This document shows positions 1 through 9,592 of a stretch of 64,000 nt of DNA, piece after piece. The notes under the pieces are model-generated. The model was not told the DNA's origin and did not search any database. It saw nothing but the letters and a program-made list of their open reading frames with translations. Position 1 is the first letter of the stretch. Every line of letters begins with the position of its first letter. The position numbers were made by a program, and so were the translations under genes. This DNA comes from Deltaproteobacteria bacterium (GTDB taxonomy: Bacteria > Desulfobacterota > Deferrimicrobia > Deferrimicrobiales > Deferrimicrobiaceae). The stretch is from contig JACRCO010000071.1 of assembly GCA_016218975.1 (NCBI GenBank), positions 7,723-71,722 of the forward strand, given 5' to 3'.

Positions 1-399
1 CCCGACCCGGAGCATAAACCGCCCCGTATGAATACCGGCCAGACGAAGAGGGGTTACTCCCTTCGGCTCGTCACGAAGAAAAACATCCGCCCCGTCCGGA
101 TCGGAAAAGACGCGGATAATTCCTCCTCTGGGACCCTCCCCCTTGAAAGATTCGCGCAATGCCGCAAGCGCGGAATTGTCAAGCCCCTGGCCCCGAAGTC
201 TGTTCTCCACTTCCTCCGATATGCGAAAATCGACGCCGTGTTCCCTGACAAGGTCCGACACTCTCCTGCTCGTCACGCTGTTGGACAAAAGCATCTCTAT
301 CTCGTCCAGGGCGAGCGGACGCCAATCCGATCCGAGGGAATCCCGGCAAAAAAGACCGATCAACAGAAAGAGCAAGATGCAAATATTCGGTTTTTTCAG
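1..399 (-). CDS. PEGA domain-containing exported protein (runs off the window start)
   Basis: Not in the ORF track. The minus-strand frame is open from 399 to 1: LKKPNICILLFLLIGLFC (signal-like) ... GIIRVFSDPDGADVFLRDEPKGVTPLRLAGIHTGRFMLRVG, the PEGA pattern S-x-P-x-GA-x-V ... G-x-TP. Putative CTG start at 399 with GGAG upstream; the start is uncertain. Confidence 0.7.
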   Translation of the reverse strand, partial: MKKPNICILLFLLIGLFCRDSLGSDWRPLALDEIEMLLSNSVTSRRVSDLVREHGVDFRISEEVENRLRGQGLDNSALAALRESFKGEGPRGGIIRVFSDPDGADVFLRDEPKGVTPLRLAGIHTGRFMLRVG

Positions 400-497
400 G
401 CCCGTATCTCCATAAACATGTAATCGTCAGCGGATTGCATTTCTACCCTTTAGACAAACCTCGAAACAGGATACGAATTCCTTCGGGATATTTCGAA

Positions 498-1259
498 TTA
501 CTTTCCGTTCGTATTTTTCTCCCTGTTCTGCCGGAGGGTCTGTTCGGCGACAGCGGCCTTCCTCGCTTTTTCGACCCCTTCCCTGGCTGCGCGGTTATCC
601 TTGTCCAGGCTCAGTATCCTGCCGTAGATCTCGATCGCTTTTTCGTATTGACCTTCATCCCTGAATGCATCGCCAAGTTCCCTGTAACGATCGATCAACT
701 CCCTTCCCGCGGTTCCGGACGGCCTCTTCGAGGAATCCGAACGGGCAATCAGGTCCTTCTCCTTTTTCTGTTTGCGAGGCAACCGGGTTGCCTTTCCCTC
801 ATCAACCGCCGTTTCCAGCTGAGTCGGTTTTTCCACCGATCCCGTTTTTCGGGCGACACCGACGACATCCCCGGATATCGAATTATCCGCCACCAAATTG
901 CCGGGCAAAGCGGTTTTCGCCCTCGCTGCATCGGAACCCGTCGTTTGACTGGAACCCACATTTCGGGTCCCTCTGATGGAGTACAATACGGCGATAAGGA
1001 ACACCCCGATCATTGCAGCGGGCACAACCCGGGTCAATACGCTGCGGTCGCCGGGAAACCTTTTTTTGACATTCCCGATCCGTTCCCGGACAAACACCCC
1101 CAAGTCCGGATATTTCCTGTAGAGATAATATCCGAACGAAGCGACAAGTATCGATGCGGCGAGGATGGAACCAAAAACGTTTCGCACATTCCCGTAACCG
1201 GAGTCGCCGCCGGGAATTGAATTCAAATAAAAATCGATAAGACGGTCGAACCGGGTCAT
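498..1259 (-). CDS. Membrane protein with C-terminal TPR repeat
   Basis: Two hydrophobic segments, a low-complexity linker, then a TPR-like YRELGDAFRDEGQYEKAIEIYGRILSLDKDNRAAREG. Confidence 0.75.
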   Translation of the reverse strand: MTRFDRLIDFYLNSIPGGDSGYGNVRNVFGSILAASILVASFGYYLYRKYPDLGVFVRERIGNVKKRFPGDRSVLTRVVPAAMIGVFLIAVLYSIRGTRNVGSSQTTGSDAARAKTALPGNLVADNSISGDVVGVARKTGSVEKPTQLETAVDEGKATRLPRKQKKEKDLIARSDSSKRPSGTAGRELIDRYRELGDAFRDEGQYEKAIEIYGRILSLDKDNRAAREGVEKARKAAVAEQTLRQNREKNTNGK

Positions 1260-1302
1260 GCCGATTCTGTTTGCCGAAGGAAAAGAAACTGTTTAAAGAC
1301 AT

Positions 1303-2379
1303 TCATTCGCATGAGAACTTGTTCTTTAGCCCGACATATACTTCCCGGATTTTCAATCGAGCCTCCACAACATCCCGGAACGGAATCCCTTTCTTCGTCA
1401 TTTCATCTTCCACGCGATCCATATGATCATTTAGGAGCCCAAAATATCCTTCGTCTCCAAGCGCGGACAAGATTCGTCCGACCTCCATCCGAAAGAGATC
1501 GAAGGCACGTGGATTCCTTATGAGAAACTCCGCCCCTTCCTTATTCATCAATAACTTAGTTTCTAATCCTCCTTCCTCCTTGAGGAGGAAAGACGGATCG
1601 CCTTGCCGTATTAATAACAACGGATTTTCAATCCGATTTCCGTTCCTCAGGTCCGATAATTGCTTCGCCTCGCACCATACGCCGTTTCCGTCCCGGGTAA
1701 AGAACAGTTGCGTGATCACCTTGAACAGGTCGGCCACTGTTTTTCGACGTTCATCGGTCCCCTGATCGGCCGTCGCATCATTTACTTTTTCTTCGACATG
1801 CAACTCCGCTTCTGCGGCGGATGACTCCGACGCAGGCTCAACCCGCTGCCCCACAACATCATCGGCAAGACATGGAAATTCACGCAGGCTCCATACTTTG
1901 TCCGGCGCTTCCCGAATGCCGTCGGCAGTAACCGTCTTCTTTCCTGAAGTCGCTGCCTCTTCGCCCCCCCGGTCCTCCGATAAATCCTTAATTCCCCCGC
2001 GGAACTTGAAAGCAAAAAACAAGCTTCCGAGAACGAATGCACAGGGAAGAATCCAATGCGCGGGGGACGTGACCCCAAGTGCTCCGACGAGAAGCAGCAG
2101 AACGAGGACCAGACCCGCGAACGGGGCCGAAAGCCATATTTTCCCGCGAAACCCGAAAGGCTTGAACCGGTCAGTCGAGGGACCGTTTAACGAACGCCAG
2201 CTTGCATATTGAGACAACATCCCAACTCCAAGAAATGCTAATCCAATGACAAAATCCGCACTGCTTTTCATGGAGGTAAAGAGGATTAATCCGGTCGCGC
2301 CGAATAGCGCTCCCGTAAAATAGGCAGCCTCGAGACCAAGGATTGCGGAGCGAGCAAGATGCGGTTTGTCAGTAGACAT
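1303..2379 (-). CDS. Hypothetical membrane protein (about 4 N-terminal TM helices plus a soluble C-terminal domain)
   Basis: 358-aa ORF with four hydrophobic stretches in the first ~125 aa; no family recognised. Confidence 0.7.
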   Translation of the reverse strand: MSTDKPHLARSAILGLEAAYFTGALFGATGLILFTSMKSSADFVIGLAFLGVGMLSQYASWRSLNGPSTDRFKPFGFRGKIWLSAPFAGLVLVLLLLVGALGVTSPAHWILPCAFVLGSLFFAFKFRGGIKDLSEDRGGEEAATSGKKTVTADGIREAPDKVWSLREFPCLADDVVGQRVEPASESSAAEAELHVEEKVNDATADQGTDERRKTVADLFKVITQLFFTRDGNGVWCEAKQLSDLRNGNRIENPLLLIRQGDPSFLLKEEGGLETKLLMNKEGAEFLIRNPRAFDLFRMEVGRILSALGDEGYFGLLNDHMDRVEDEMTKKGIPFRDVVEARLKIREVYVGLKNKFSCE

Positions 2380-2712
2380 TACATCTCGTTTCGATCACCG
2401 GATTATCGGATCGCTTTCGACCGAACCGGCCTAATTATATAGGGGAAAAATTAACTTCGCCACATCCAACCATCGATCCCTCAACTAACTGATTTCAAAC
2501 GCTTAAACCACCTTCGCATCACCACCCCTGCCAGAAACCGCCGCCGCCTTTCCCTTCCCGATTTACGTGCTCCACAGGGGATTTCTCGTCCCAGGAGATT
2601 TTTGATATCATTCCAACATTTCCATGGCGATCGTATTCAGTCAATTGGAGCGAGATTCTTTTACTGCGGTGCGTATATATTTTGGAGAGAATCAGCATGG
2701 CAGAGGATTGAA

Positions 2713-3819
2713 ATGAGTCTCATGCAGGAAGGACAGATCATTCGCGGGACGTATGAAGTCGAACGCCTGCTTGGCGAAGGCGCCTTCGCGGAAGTCTACC
2801 GCGTAAAGCATCGCTTCCTGGGACGGCAGGCCATGAAGGTTTTCAAGATGATCGGTATGACGATAGAAGAAACGGAACAAATGCTGGGAGAGGCGATCAT
2901 GCTTTCCCGGATCAGTCATCCGAACATCGTCCAGGTATTCGACGCCAACATCACCGAGACCTCAAGGGGAATCTGCGGTTTTTTCACGATGGAGTACGTT
3001 GCGGGAGGAAATCTCGAGCAGTATTGGAGATCCCACGGCGCGAGGTTCGTCCCGCTGAAGTCCGTGGTGGAAATCATCAAGCAGGTTTGCCGGGGCCTCT
3101 CCGTCGCGCACGGAGAGAATCCCCCGATCGTCCACCGGGACATCAAGCCGCATAACATCCTCGTTGGGTACGACGCGGCAGGACTGCGCGTCCGGGTCAG
3201 CGATTTCGGCCTCGCCAAGCGGGTGAACCCGCTGACCCTGAGGGCAAGCACGCGCGGAACACGCTGCTTCAAAGCTCCTGAGGCATTCAAGGATCCGCAA
3301 AGCGACTCGTGCACGGCGGACGTTTGGTCAATCGGAGCCACACTCTACCTTCTCCTGACGGACAGGCTTCCGTACGCGGATCCCGACGGGTACGACGTGT
3401 TCGATCCGGAAGCGTTCGAGAGGCCGATGCTTCCTCCGAGCCGGTTAAACATCGAAGTGGACGCCACCATCGACCGGATCCTGGAAAAAGCTCTTGATCG
3501 CCGGCCGGAGCACAGGTACAGGGACGCGCAGAGCCTTCTGGAGGATCTTTTGAAGTGGAAGCCGCGAACAGGGGGAAAGACATCACCCTCCGGCGGTGCG
3601 GATTCCAGTGGGTGGTCCAAGAGCGCGCTGGGCACTCATACTCCCGCCGATGAGGAACAGGCCAAGGCGATGGCAGATCAGGCCCTCGCGCTATCTCGAC
3701 AGGCGGAGATGCTGGCCGAAGCGGCGGACCTCATGGAAGAAGCGTTCAACAAATGCAGGGACCTTCGAACGAAACACGAGTATCAAGTTCGACTCTGGCG
3801 CAGGGGAATCGCATACTGA
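2713..3819 (+). CDS. Hanks-type Ser/Thr protein kinase, cytoplasmic, with short helical C-terminal domain
   Basis: GEGAFAEV loop, AMK lysine, HRDIKPHN, DFG, APE and DVWSIG motifs. ATG at 2713 preceded by GAGGA. No TM segment. Confidence 0.93.
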   Translation: MSLMQEGQIIRGTYEVERLLGEGAFAEVYRVKHRFLGRQAMKVFKMIGMTIEETEQMLGEAIMLSRISHPNIVQVFDANITETSRGICGFFTMEYVAGGNLEQYWRSHGARFVPLKSVVEIIKQVCRGLSVAHGENPPIVHRDIKPHNILVGYDAAGLRVRVSDFGLAKRVNPLTLRASTRGTRCFKAPEAFKDPQSDSCTADVWSIGATLYLLLTDRLPYADPDGYDVFDPEAFERPMLPPSRLNIEVDATIDRILEKALDRRPEHRYRDAQSLLEDLLKWKPRTGGKTSPSGGADSSGWSKSALGTHTPADEEQAKAMADQALALSRQAEMLAEAADLMEEAFNKCRDLRTKHEYQVRLWRRGIAY

Positions 3820-3845
3820 GCGAATACCGACGGAGCGCGTGAAGC

Positions 3846-5513
3846 GTGAGTGAAGCGGGTTTGGAAAAAAGGGATGACCGGCCGTCATCCGGTCCCGATA
3901 TCCTTCTGGCATCGGGCCGACCGGACCTTTACCGGAAGAATCCGTTCCGTGTCGCATGCCTGCCCGTGGACGCAACCCCAAGGGAGATATCGAAACAGAT
4001 CCACGCAATGGAAATGGAGGCGAAGTTCAGCGGAAAACTCCCGATGGGAAACCTTCCGCTGGATCCTCCGCCCGACCTGGATACCATTCGGGAATCCATA
4101 CATCGCCTCCGCGATTCGGAAGAGCGCCTTGTCGCAGAACTTTTCTGGATTTGGCCCAATCCGTCGGACAAGGGAACGGCGGATGAAGCCATGGTGGCCT
4201 TTTCGCGGGGGGATATCCACAAGGCAAAACAAATCTGGACGGCACGGGAGAGGACGGACGGCGTAAAAGGCATTCCGTCGCACAATCTGGCCGTCCTGGC
4301 TCATGCATCCGCCCTGGATCTCGAAGCACAATCCCTGTTTTTCCCTCTCTCGCGAACCCAGATCCATCAAAGAGAGGCGTACTGGAACGATGCCCTGGCG
4401 AAATGGAAGGCTGTGCTCGAGTGCGAAGGTTTCTGGAGCCGCGTTTCGACTCGCATCCGGGAACTCGATGACCCGCGCCTTAAATCAGGAGCCGCCCGCA
4501 GAATAAGGACTTCCCTTCCATCGGCCCTTGTTTCCATAACGGTGCGGCTGGCCGTCGCCGCAGCGGAAAAGGGAAACGATCCGGAGATCCGTAGACATCA
4601 TTCCATCCTCAAGAAGTGGGACGATGCTCTTTCCGGGCGGCAATCCGGCGGAAATTCATCGATATACCGTTCCCCAATCATCGTCGACGCTCTCCGGCAA
4701 GGCGTCGATCCGCTTCGCCAGCGGATCAAAGCGCTGACGAGGGCCGCGGAAAAAGACAAGGAAGTCAATGCCCGTAACGGACATTCGATCGCATCGAATC
4801 TTATCGAGCATTCGAGGCCCGTTCTTTCCGTGATGGACTCTATATTGCCGGAGGATTTCTCTTCCGGGGAAGCCGCTCATGACGAGGTTGCTCTTTCCCT
4901 TCATTCCTGCATCATCTCCTTCGGCGTCGAAACGAAGGACTGGAAGACGTGCGGAGAACTTCTTGAAATCGCGCTGGCAGTCGCGGCCGGGGAAGCCGCC
5001 AAAAGCAAGATCAAGGAAGATTTGCGGACAGTAAAGGAAAATCACGAATTCGGGAAAGTCCATGATACATGTTGGTTTTGCGGAAAGCAGCCGAAAGAGG
5101 AATCGCATTCCATCGAAGTCAGGATGCACGGCAATATTCAGCGAACACCGACAATCGGCGGGACGAATATCACCTGGCGACACATCAGAATCGTCGTTCC
5201 CAGGTGCGGGAAATGCCGTGCGGCTCATGCGAAAGCTTCCGAATGGGCCGCTATCGGCGGGATCGGCGGAGCGGTTGCAGGCGGATTGACCGGGTGCGGC
5301 GCAATCGGACACGGCGGGGCCGGAATATTGCTCATGATCTTGTTCGGCGCCGTCGGATTCCTGATCGGAAAATCGATCGATGAGAACAACCTGAGCGCCA
5401 TAAAAAATGCACATGCGGATTTCAAGCCTTTCAGCCACAGGAACGAATTCCCCCAGATCAAGCAACTCCTTTCCGAAGGGTGGCAATTCGGCGAAAGACC
5501 GAACAACAACTAA
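3846..5513 (+). CDS. J-domain-like (no HPD) / helical-repeat / CxxC zinc finger / C-terminal TM protein
   Basis: N-terminal NPFRVACLPVDATPREISK ... IRESIHRLRDSEER parallels J-domain helices. CWFC and CGKC pairs, then a glycine-rich hydrophobic hairpin near the C-terminus. Confidence 0.7.
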   Translation: MSEAGLEKRDDRPSSGPDILLASGRPDLYRKNPFRVACLPVDATPREISKQIHAMEMEAKFSGKLPMGNLPLDPPPDLDTIRESIHRLRDSEERLVAELFWIWPNPSDKGTADEAMVAFSRGDIHKAKQIWTARERTDGVKGIPSHNLAVLAHASALDLEAQSLFFPLSRTQIHQREAYWNDALAKWKAVLECEGFWSRVSTRIRELDDPRLKSGAARRIRTSLPSALVSITVRLAVAAAEKGNDPEIRRHHSILKKWDDALSGRQSGGNSSIYRSPIIVDALRQGVDPLRQRIKALTRAAEKDKEVNARNGHSIASNLIEHSRPVLSVMDSILPEDFSSGEAAHDEVALSLHSCIISFGVETKDWKTCGELLEIALAVAAGEAAKSKIKEDLRTVKENHEFGKVHDTCWFCGKQPKEESHSIEVRMHGNIQRTPTIGGTNITWRHIRIVVPRCGKCRAAHAKASEWAAIGGIGGAVAGGLTGCGAIGHGGAGILLMILFGAVGFLIGKSIDENNLSAIKNAHADFKPFSHRNEFPQIKQLLSEGWQFGERPNNN

Positions 5514-5538
5514 CCGGAACGAAAATGGAATTTCCACG

Positions 5539-6126
5539 ATGACGACGGGCAAGGACATGAAATCGATGTGGCACTCAAGATCCGGCGCGTTTTCCGCGGA
5601 ATTGAGACAGCTTTACCATCCGAAGGAGTTTCAGATTCCCACGGTGGAATGGCCGGCCGACCTGATCGGTGCGATGGAACGCCTAAGCCGGGGCATGCTC
5701 GATTCGCAATCGAAGGGCATCCAGGGGGTAGAAAACCATTCCGACGATGCTGCGCGCCGCGATGAGTACCGGTTGTTCGCCGAGATAGGAACCGGTTTAT
5801 GGAGATTGAAGAGGCGGATGGTTCACCCGCAAACCGGGCGGCCGCAGGAAGAAATGAAGCGTGCTTTTCGTCACCTCGAATCTGTTTGGGACACGCTCGT
5901 CCAGGCGGGATTCGAGATTCGGGATCACACGGGGGACACAATGCCGGAAGGGGGTATATACGGCTTGAAGGTCATCGCGTTTCAGCCCGCCGCGGGCATC
6001 AGCCGTGATGTCGTTATCGAAACGGTCAAACCCTCCGTCTTCCGCATGAACAAGATGATCCAGATGGGAGAAGTCATCGTGGGCACTCCGGAAATAACGC
6101 CGGCCCCGCAAAAAGCGAAGGATTGA
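5539..6126 (+). CDS. GrpE-like nucleotide exchange factor (divergent)
   Basis: C-terminus LVQAGFEIRDHTGD ... VVIETVKPSVFRMNKMIQMGEVIVG resembles the GrpE beta-domain; lies directly upstream of an Hsp70. Confidence 0.7.
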   Translation: MTTGKDMKSMWHSRSGAFSAELRQLYHPKEFQIPTVEWPADLIGAMERLSRGMLDSQSKGIQGVENHSDDAARRDEYRLFAEIGTGLWRLKRRMVHPQTGRPQEEMKRAFRHLESVWDTLVQAGFEIRDHTGDTMPEGGIYGLKVIAFQPAAGISRDVVIETVKPSVFRMNKMIQMGEVIVGTPEITPAPQKAKD

Positions 6127-6159
6127 GGATCAGGGAATCCACTCAAGGAGAAACCCGAC

Positions 6160-8652
6160 ATGTCCAGAACGACCATAGACTTCGGAATCGATTTGGGAAC
6201 GACGAACAGCAGCATAGGGGTTATCCGGGGGACCGAGGTCGATATCATCCTGAACAACGAAAGTCAGCCGATCACGCCTTCCGCCGTGATGGTCGACAAG
6301 GGGGGGAGGATCATCGTAGGGCGCAGCGCCAAGGAAGGCCTCATGAAAGACCATGAAAACGCCTTCTGCGAATTCAAGCTCCAGATGGGAGAGAACACCG
6401 AATACGTTTTTCGGCGGAGCGGACGGCGATCGAAACCCGAAGACCTCTCGGCGGAAGTTCTCAAATCCCTTAAAGCGGACGTGAGGCTGAAGTTGAAGGA
6501 AGATATCGAAGCTGCGGTGATCACCGTGCCCGCAGCCTTCGAACTTCCGCAATGCGAAGCTACAAGGCAGGCCGCCCAACAAGCCGGCCTGCACACGACC
6601 ATCCTGATTCAGGAACCCGTCGCGGCCGCCTTGGCCTATGGATTTCAAACCGAAAGCGAGAAGGTATATTGGCTGGTCTACGATCTCGGGGGAGGAACGT
6701 TCGACGCCGCCGTCATGCAGGTACGGGACGACGAAATCCGCGTCGTGCATCATGACGGCGATAATCACCTCGGGGGAAAGCTTATCGATTGGGCAATCGT
6801 CGAGGATCTCCTAGTCCCGGCATTGCTCAAAGAACATCGTCTTCCTGATTTCCAACGCGGTAATCCGAAATGGGAGGGCGCGTTCCATGCACTGAAATGC
6901 TACGCGGAAAATGCGAAAATCCGCGTCTCCCGGGATGAAAAGGCGTATATCGACATCCCATTCATCTGCCATGAATATCCGAAGCCGTTCGAGTTCGAAT
7001 TGAAGCGGGATGACGTGGAGCGGCTTGCCCGGCCGATAATAATCCGCTCGATCAATCTATGTAAAAAAGTGTTGGCGGAAAAGCGGCTTGGGTTTGCCGA
7101 CATCGAAAAGGTACTTCTCGTGGGTGGTCCGACGTTGATGCCCTACTTGAGAAACCTTCTCTCGGACACCAACGACGGATTGGGAATCCCCTTGTCATAC
7201 ACGAACGATCCGCTCACTGTCGTCACCCACGGGGCGTCAATCTATGCGGGAACCAAGCGGCTGGAATCGGCAACCCCAATAAAAGCCGCCAAGGGACAAT
7301 ATGTCGTCGATCTCGAATACAAACCCAGCGGCCCGGACACGGAACCGTTCGTTTGGGGACGCGTCCGGGGATACGATGGAGAAATTCCGGACGGATTGAC
7401 GATCGAATTCATAAACACGGACTGCCGTCAGCAATGGCGAAGCGGCAGGATAGGAATTTCTCCCGACGGTACATTCAGGACGAACGTGCTGGCCGAGAAG
7501 GGACGAAGGAATGTGTTCTCGATCGAATTGTTCGATGCAAGGGGGACGAAACTCAATTGCCAGCCGGACAACTTCGCATACACGGTAGCGATTGAAATCG
7601 TCGACCCTCCTCTACCCCACAATGTGGGAGTCGCACTGGTCAACAATGATATGAACTGGGTGCTCGAAAAAGGCACGCCGCTGCCGGTAAGGAGAAAAAC
7701 CGATCTGAAATCCGCCTTCGAAGTCCGCAAGGGGGTGAAGGAACATATCATCAAGATCCCCTTGATGGAGGGGCAGAAAGCCCGGGCCAACCGAAACAAG
7801 TATATCGGGACTCTCGAAATTTACGGAGATCAAATAACCCGGGATGTTCCGGCAGGCAGCGACGTCGAGGTAACAATCCATATCGACCAGTCCCGTCAAA
7901 TGGTCGCGAAAGCCTACATCCCCATTCTCGATGAAGAATACGAGTTGAAATTCAATAAGAACGGCTACAGCGACAAAAGGAACCAAGAGGAAATCGCCAA
8001 GGAGCTTGAAATCCAGAAAAAGAGACTGGAGACCGTCCGTGAGAAAGCCCGCGGAATCTCTGACGGCGACGCCCGGCGCATCCTGCAACAAATCGACGAA
8101 GAGAGAATGATCCAGGACGTGGAAAAATCGCTGGCCGCATCACGCACCGACCGCGACGCCTCCGTCAAATGCGAAAAGAGACTTCTCGACCTCATGTCGG
8201 CGATCGACGAGGTCGAGGATGCGATAGAGTGGCCATCCCTCGTGTCGAACGCGGAGCGGGAGATCGAGGAGGAACGCAAAATCGTCAACAATAACGATTT
8301 CGGTGTAAAACCCGACGAGAAGAGACTTTTCACCGATCTGGAGCGCGAGGTCAGAACCGTGATGGATACACGGGACGCCGACCATCTCGCGCTTAAGGTC
8401 CGGGAACTGGAACGGCTGGGGATAACCATTCTGTTCCGCCAGCCCGGATGGTGGGTCGGATGTCTCGATCATCTGGAAAACCGAAGATCGACGATGAGCA
8501 ACCAGGACCTGGCCGGAAACTACATTGCGCAAGGCCGGAGGGCAATCAATACCGGCGATCTAGAATCCCTCAAGGCCGCAGTGCGCCAACTCTGGGGATT
8601 GCTGCCCCCGGGAGACAAGGATCGTGAAATATTTTCGACCGTAGGAAAGTAG
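6160..8652 (+). CDS. Hsp70-family protein (specialised DnaK paralogue, 830 aa)
   Basis: GIDLGTTNS, TPSAV, VITVPA, QEPVAAALAYG, YDLGGGTFD, GDNHLGG and LVGGPTLMP motifs; RBS AAGGAG. Confidence 0.95.
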   Translation: MSRTTIDFGIDLGTTNSSIGVIRGTEVDIILNNESQPITPSAVMVDKGGRIIVGRSAKEGLMKDHENAFCEFKLQMGENTEYVFRRSGRRSKPEDLSAEVLKSLKADVRLKLKEDIEAAVITVPAAFELPQCEATRQAAQQAGLHTTILIQEPVAAALAYGFQTESEKVYWLVYDLGGGTFDAAVMQVRDDEIRVVHHDGDNHLGGKLIDWAIVEDLLVPALLKEHRLPDFQRGNPKWEGAFHALKCYAENAKIRVSRDEKAYIDIPFICHEYPKPFEFELKRDDVERLARPIIIRSINLCKKVLAEKRLGFADIEKVLLVGGPTLMPYLRNLLSDTNDGLGIPLSYTNDPLTVVTHGASIYAGTKRLESATPIKAAKGQYVVDLEYKPSGPDTEPFVWGRVRGYDGEIPDGLTIEFINTDCRQQWRSGRIGISPDGTFRTNVLAEKGRRNVFSIELFDARGTKLNCQPDNFAYTVAIEIVDPPLPHNVGVALVNNDMNWVLEKGTPLPVRRKTDLKSAFEVRKGVKEHIIKIPLMEGQKARANRNKYIGTLEIYGDQITRDVPAGSDVEVTIHIDQSRQMVAKAYIPILDEEYELKFNKNGYSDKRNQEEIAKELEIQKKRLETVREKARGISDGDARRILQQIDEERMIQDVEKSLAASRTDRDASVKCEKRLLDLMSAIDEVEDAIEWPSLVSNAEREIEEERKIVNNNDFGVKPDEKRLFTDLEREVRTVMDTRDADHLALKVRELERLGITILFRQPGWWVGCLDHLENRRSTMSNQDLAGNYIAQGRRAINTGDLESLKAAVRQLWGLLPPGDKDREIFSTVGK

Positions 8653-8653
8653 C

Positions 8654-9565
8654 ATGAGCGTAGATCCGATATCCGCCGCGTTAGCCCCTCTCATTCGGAA
8701 CGCCTTGATTTCCCGGGCGGCCAGCCTTGCAAGAAAAGGGAGTTACACTGAAGCGGAGAACCTGCTCGCTGCGGAAACCGGAGGAAAAGTAGAACACCCC
8801 TCGGTTCTCGACCTGCTCGCCCGTATCAAGGCACAACAGGGAAAGCTGTTCGAAGCGGAAGAATTGTGGACGAAGGCGTCCCGCATGGAACCGGGCAATC
8901 CAGAATATCAGGCCGGCTTGAGGCGGATTTCGCAAATCAGAAAGAGGGGATTCTCACGGCGATCCCTGCTCACATCCACAACAGCAGTTTGCGGGGTCCT
9001 GGTCCTTCTCGCCGCGGGTATCTTTCTGAAAATCCGTTTCACGGAATCGGGCGTTCGCAACGAAACCGTTTCCGGCAAGGTCGGCGGATCTTACGCCGAC
9101 GGAATCCCCGCTTCGGCAACCGGCGTGCTGCAATCCATCGTGCTCGACATCCCCGGTGGAATCGTAACAAAAAGGAACTCGGGTTTCGATATCACATTCG
9201 AATACGGACTTTTTTCTTCGAAGGTCCGACTCAAGGGCAAGGCGAAAAAATCCATCGCCGCCCTCGCCCGCCGACTGGAACCATACAAGGAACGGATTTC
9301 CATAACCGTGATCGGTCATGCGGACAGCAATCCGGTTCCGGATGGCGCGTATTTCAGGGACAATATGTCCCTCTCGCTCGCCCGGGCCGTCGCCGTGATC
9401 GAGTCGATGCGCTCGGCTGCCTCCCTCCCCTCCGGGATCTTCCTGGCAACGGGATACGGCGAATATTCCCCTCCGTATTCAAACAGGACGAGAAATGAAC
9501 GTCTTCGCAACAGGTCGGTTACGATAAAGATATCGGCGCAGGGGACAAATCCAACACTTCCATAG
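8654..9565 (+). CDS. TPR-TM-OmpA/MotB-like peptidoglycan-binding protein
   Basis: N-terminal TPR (LLARIKAQQGKLFEAEELWTKASRMEPGN), single TM, then OmpA-C motifs VIGHADS ... NMSLSLARAVAV ... GYGEYSP ... NRSVTI. Confidence 0.85.
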   Translation: MSVDPISAALAPLIRNALISRAASLARKGSYTEAENLLAAETGGKVEHPSVLDLLARIKAQQGKLFEAEELWTKASRMEPGNPEYQAGLRRISQIRKRGFSRRSLLTSTTAVCGVLVLLAAGIFLKIRFTESGVRNETVSGKVGGSYADGIPASATGVLQSIVLDIPGGIVTKRNSGFDITFEYGLFSSKVRLKGKAKKSIAALARRLEPYKERISITVIGHADSNPVPDGAYFRDNMSLSLARAVAVIESMRSAASLPSGIFLATGYGEYSPPYSNRTRNERLRNRSVTIKISAQGTNPTLP

Positions 9566-9592
9566 CGCGAATGATATCTACCCGCGCATGGA

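Noticed and set aside
6160-8652. Housekeeping dnaK
   Set aside because: It lacks the DLLLLD-type linker, is 830 aa with an insert, and has no canonical dnaJ or hrcA context.
8654-9565. Flagellar motB or T6SS tssL
   Set aside because: No motA or T6SS genes are nearby, there is no MotB TM aspartate motif, and the N-terminus is TPR.
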